From Candidatus Bathyarchaeia archaeon (GTDB lineage Archaea; Thermoproteota; Bathyarchaeia; Bathyarchaeales; Bathycorpusculaceae), in the NCBI GenBank assembly GCA_049512075.1, contig JBEKXL010000002.1, positions 64,001 through 128,000 on the forward strand: 64,000 nucleotides of DNA. The letters run 5' to 3'. The first letter of the stretch is position 1. Each line of letters starts with the position of its first letter. The translations under genes and the position numbers were made by a program. Shown in pieces: positions 61,010 through 64,000 of the stretch. The notes beneath the pieces are model-generated. The model made no database searches, had not been told where the DNA came from, and saw only the letters and a list, made by a program, of their open reading frames with translations.

Positions 61010-61498
61010 CTAGTTCTTACTAAATATTTCGTCGTACTTGCCGTCGTCAATTTCCCGTTGCACTTCACGGGGATCTTTGCCTTCGGCGGTCACTCCCATG
61101 CTGACGCAGACTCCGAGAATCTCCTTTGTTGCTGTCTTGAGGTTTCTTGCTAGAAGTTCTGCGCGTTTCATTTTGGCTATGCGCACGACCTGGTCGATGG
61201 TGAGGTTGCCTACTTTCTGCGTGCTTGGAGTGCCCGAACCTTTCTCGATTTTGAGTTCACTGACAATCAGGGCGGATGCTGTGGGCGTTCCAATGGTCAC
61301 GTCAAACTCTTTGGTATCGGGGTCCACGAGTACTTTAACTGGAACCTTCATTCCGGCATAGTCTTTTGTCAATTCATTTATCTTGTTGACGATCGCCATG
61401 ACGTTTACGCCTAAGGGACCGAGCGCTGGGCCCAAGGGCGGTCCGGCGTTTGCTTGTCCTCCGCTAACGAGGAGTTCGATGGTTTTCTTGTCAGCCAT
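61010..61498 (-). CDS. rpl11: 50S ribosomal protein L11
   Basis: AGPPLGPALGPLG, GVCVSMG. Confidence 0.97.
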   Translation of the reverse strand: MADKKTIELLVSGGQANAGPPLGPALGPLGVNVMAIVNKINELTKDYAGMKVPVKVLVDPDTKEFDVTIGTPTASALIVSELKIEKGSGTPSTQKVGNLTIDQVVRIAKMKRAELLARNLKTATKEILGVCVSMGVTAEGKDPREVQREIDDGKYDEIFSKN

Positions 61499-61499
61499 C

Positions 61500-61988
61500 T
61501 TATATTTCACTACCGCTTTTTGTTTTTGATTTTTCAACGAGCTTTACGTAATCGGAATTCACGGTTATCGGCAGCGTGAAAGTTGCTTCGAGAAGCTCGA
61601 GGGTGACCTCTGCCTTGGTTTTGTCGATTCGAGTTATTTTTGCCCGCATGCCCTTGAAGGGTCCACCGGTCACTTCGACTATGTCGTTTTCACTTAACTC
61701 TTCAATAATCGGTTTCTTAACGATGTATCTTTCAATCTCTGCAAAGCTCACGATGCCCGGTATCCTTGACCGTACGTGTTTCACGCCTGTTATTGCTTCT
61801 TCCACCAGATGCGGGCCTTGAGCCTCTATGAAAACGTACCCCCTTAATGCTTCGGGCACGAGAATGGCTTTTACAGGTATCTTGTTCATTTCGACCTTTG
61901 CGGCAACGAGCCTGGCGACGTTCCTCTCCTGGCCGGTTGTTGTTTTAACGGCGAAAATCTTCGGCTGGATTTCCTCGTGCCCTTCCAT
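61500..61988 (-). CDS. spt5: Transcription elongation factor Spt5
   Basis: TTGQE, GYVFIE, KOW GGPFKG. Confidence 0.96.
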   Translation of the reverse strand: MEGHEEIQPKIFAVKTTTGQERNVARLVAAKVEMNKIPVKAILVPEALRGYVFIEAQGPHLVEEAITGVKHVRSRIPGIVSFAEIERYIVKKPIIEELSENDIVEVTGGPFKGMRAKITRIDKTKAEVTLELLEATFTLPITVNSDYVKLVEKSKTKSGSEI

Positions 61989-62008
61989 GAACGTTTCTTC
62001 CTTCTGTC

Positions 62009-62191
62009 CTAAGCTGCGGAGCTGCCAGGGTTCAAAACGGCTGATAACACTTTTATTACAAACCCTATCAATCCAATTGCTGAGATGCCAAGGAGACATA
62101 TTTTTATTGAGAGCCAGAGTTCGCTTCTTCCAGGTTTAATAGCAAGCCTTAACGTTCTTCCACACTGAGACAGGAAATCTCTTAAGCCCAT
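62009..62191 (-). CDS. secE: Protein translocase SecE/Sec61gamma
   Basis: RTLRLAIKP + TM with GLIGFVI; synteny with spt5. Confidence 0.92.
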   Translation of the reverse strand: MGLRDFLSQCGRTLRLAIKPGRSELWLSIKICLLGISAIGLIGFVIKVLSAVLNPGSSAA

Positions 62192-62243
62192 GGTTCATCG
62201 CTTCCTCAACATTCCAATCTGATATAAACGTTACTATAGTCCG

Positions 62244-63050
62244 CTAGATAAACCCGCGCGTTTCTATTAACTTTTCCCTTTCGTCTCTTTGATAGGGAGA
62301 AAAATCGGTCTTCGCCAAGGTAGGTTTAGCGTCGCTTTTTCTGCGGAGCTTTTTCGAGGCGCTTCTTCTTCTTGAGGATAACACACCGAGTGCAATAGCT
62401 ATTGCGACGGTGACCCACAGCAACAGCCACCATAAGATTGGCGCGCTCCACATGTTTGTCTCGCTCACGAGCACGTCTGTGTACCCGGCCCCAAGGTACT
62501 TCAATCCCTCTGTCAGAACGCCTGACTGTTTGTCCCAATAGAAGACGTAGTTGTTCCCTTGCCAAGTGAAGTTTGTGAAGATGACTGTTCTGTCTGCACC
62601 AGCATAGGATTTCGTTGTTTCGCCAAAGACGGTCTGGTTGCCAAACCCTTGGCCTAAGTAAACGGAATCATTTATGCCCAGTCCTGCAGGAATGAAATAC
62701 ACGCGTGCATTGAACCACGGGTCCATCATAATATCGTCTTGAGCGTCCCGGGACGTCAAATCAATAGTCTTTGTTTCGTTCATTATAGTCAAGCTCGAAG
62801 TGTAAAGTGTAGCGTTAACCGTGACATTCGCTCCTTCAACACTCAGAAACTCCATTCTCACCAATTGATTACTTGGCAGACCACTTGCAATTTGCATCTC
62901 GTCTTGCAACTCATATTCTATCCAGTCTCCACTCTTTCCACCGAACGTGAGGCTTGCCAAGGCTGAGACACTGGCAATTGAAAACGCAAGAAACAACATG
63001 ACAATGATTGTGCCTGCTTGAATTGTTTTCATCTGATTCTTCCCGTTCAA
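62244..63050 (-). CDS. Membrane-anchored secreted hypothetical protein
   Basis: Signal peptide, KSGDWIEY, YWDKQSGVL, C-terminal TM plus basic tail. Confidence 0.7.
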   Translation of the reverse strand: MNGKNQMKTIQAGTIIVMLFLAFSIASVSALASLTFGGKSGDWIEYELQDEMQIASGLPSNQLVRMEFLSVEGANVTVNATLYTSSLTIMNETKTIDLTSRDAQDDIMMDPWFNARVYFIPAGLGINDSVYLGQGFGNQTVFGETTKSYAGADRTVIFTNFTWQGNNYVFYWDKQSGVLTEGLKYLGAGYTDVLVSETNMWSAPILWWLLLWVTVAIAIALGVLSSRRRSASKKLRRKSDAKPTLAKTDFSPYQRDEREKLIETRGFI

Positions 63051-63075
63051 ATGGAAATGTGGTTCAAGGGAAGGG

Positions 63076-63900
63076 TTAAACTTTTTGGATATGGAGGTGT
63101 ATTTTGTTGAGCATTTCGAGGACTGTGGGTTTGTCGTCTCCCTTTATTCCTTTCCAGTCCAGAACTGCATATTCCACTTTTTCCAGTGTCCTATTGATAC
63201 ATTGCTGAAGGATTCCTGAGTCTATCTGCGATACAGAATGCTTCGGTATAATATGGCCGAATGCAACCTCCGTTTCCAGTGCTATTTTAGTGAACTTGCT
63301 GTTGTAGTGGGGTCCACCTATGCCTAACACTGTCTCGGCTGAGACGATTCGGAATTTTGAGACCGCTCCCATTGCGGCGTGAGCAACGGCTTCTGCAGCT
63401 GCCGTATCGTTCCATTGCTCAGGCGAGCTTCCGAGTTCGGCAAACATGGTGGGGGTATTCAATGATGGTCCGTGATGAGTGCCTTCGTACGAAACTTCGT
63501 ACTTGAGCTGCATTTCTTCTCTCATCTTCGACATAACCTTTAGAGCCTCTCGCATGGCATTGCCTGGAGAAACTGAAACTTCCCGTGGCTTACCTCCTAA
63601 CTCTGCCGGTCCTAAATTGCCTGGTGTGTGAACTGAGAGTGTGGGTGTGCCGCTCATGCTGCTGTGTCTTGAGATGAACACTATTAGCTCGGGATCGATG
63701 AAGAATGTGGTCAAATCCTGCGCGTATATGGACTCTTGGTTCAGAGTTATGAGCTGGACGTCTTTGCCGTTAACTTGGCCAGCGTATGTCGTGTTTTCTT
63801 GAAATCTTGCTGTTGTTTCATTGAAACGGTATTTGGTCAACAGCTGTTTCTTGATGTTGAGGCTTGCTGGATCCTTGTTTGAGGCTACGACCAAAATCAT
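63076..63900 (-). CDS. dtdA: Archaeal D-aminoacyl-tRNA deacylase
   Basis: SRHSS, VHTPGN, EGTHHGP, GIGGPHY. Confidence 0.95.
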   Translation of the reverse strand: MILVVASNKDPASLNIKKQLLTKYRFNETTARFQENTTYAGQVNGKDVQLITLNQESIYAQDLTTFFIDPELIVFISRHSSMSGTPTLSVHTPGNLGPAELGGKPREVSVSPGNAMREALKVMSKMREEMQLKYEVSYEGTHHGPSLNTPTMFAELGSSPEQWNDTAAAEAVAHAAMGAVSKFRIVSAETVLGIGGPHYNSKFTKIALETEVAFGHIIPKHSVSQIDSGILQQCINRTLEKVEYAVLDWKGIKGDDKPTVLEMLNKIHLHIQKV

Positions 63901-64000
63901 CGGCTATTCTTCCGCATGTAAGGTGTAGTGTTCTGGAAAAAAGGTTTCCATAAAGCTTATAATTCCCGAAGTCGGTTGAAGCGTTGAAAGTTCAGCCAAG

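Overview
Archaeal genome segment, most likely Bathyarchaeia (inferred from archaeal core gene order, dockerin/cohesin surface proteins and acs). Two housekeeping blocks are present: 15.7-30.1 kb (eIF5A, Hsp20, PAC2, srp54-pus10-rpl21e-rpo4-DUF655-rsmA-hemK, P-type ATPase, satP-acs, asnS) and 47.1-64 kb (DGGGP synthase, endA, glyS, ino1, pgi/pmi, mvaD, rpl12-10-1-11-spt5-secE, dtdA). They alternate with accessory patches. 1-15.6 kb is a defence-type island: solo Cas1, ParB-ASCH pair, McrBC-like, helicase IV-like and a STAND-like NTPase. 30.2-43.6 kb holds polysaccharide, surface and defence genes, and 46.2-47.1 kb is decayed. The most striking signal is non-coding. Nearly every module boundary in the accessory patches carries a short palindromic (C)TAG-(GC)n-(CTAG) linker. 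One such linker is the exact point where two 5'-truncated genes (a dockerin protein and cas1) are fused head-to-head. Several modules are also bracketed by longer direct or inverted repeats. No CRISPR array, rRNA or convincing tRNA was seen. All calls come from reading motifs by eye; no searches were run.
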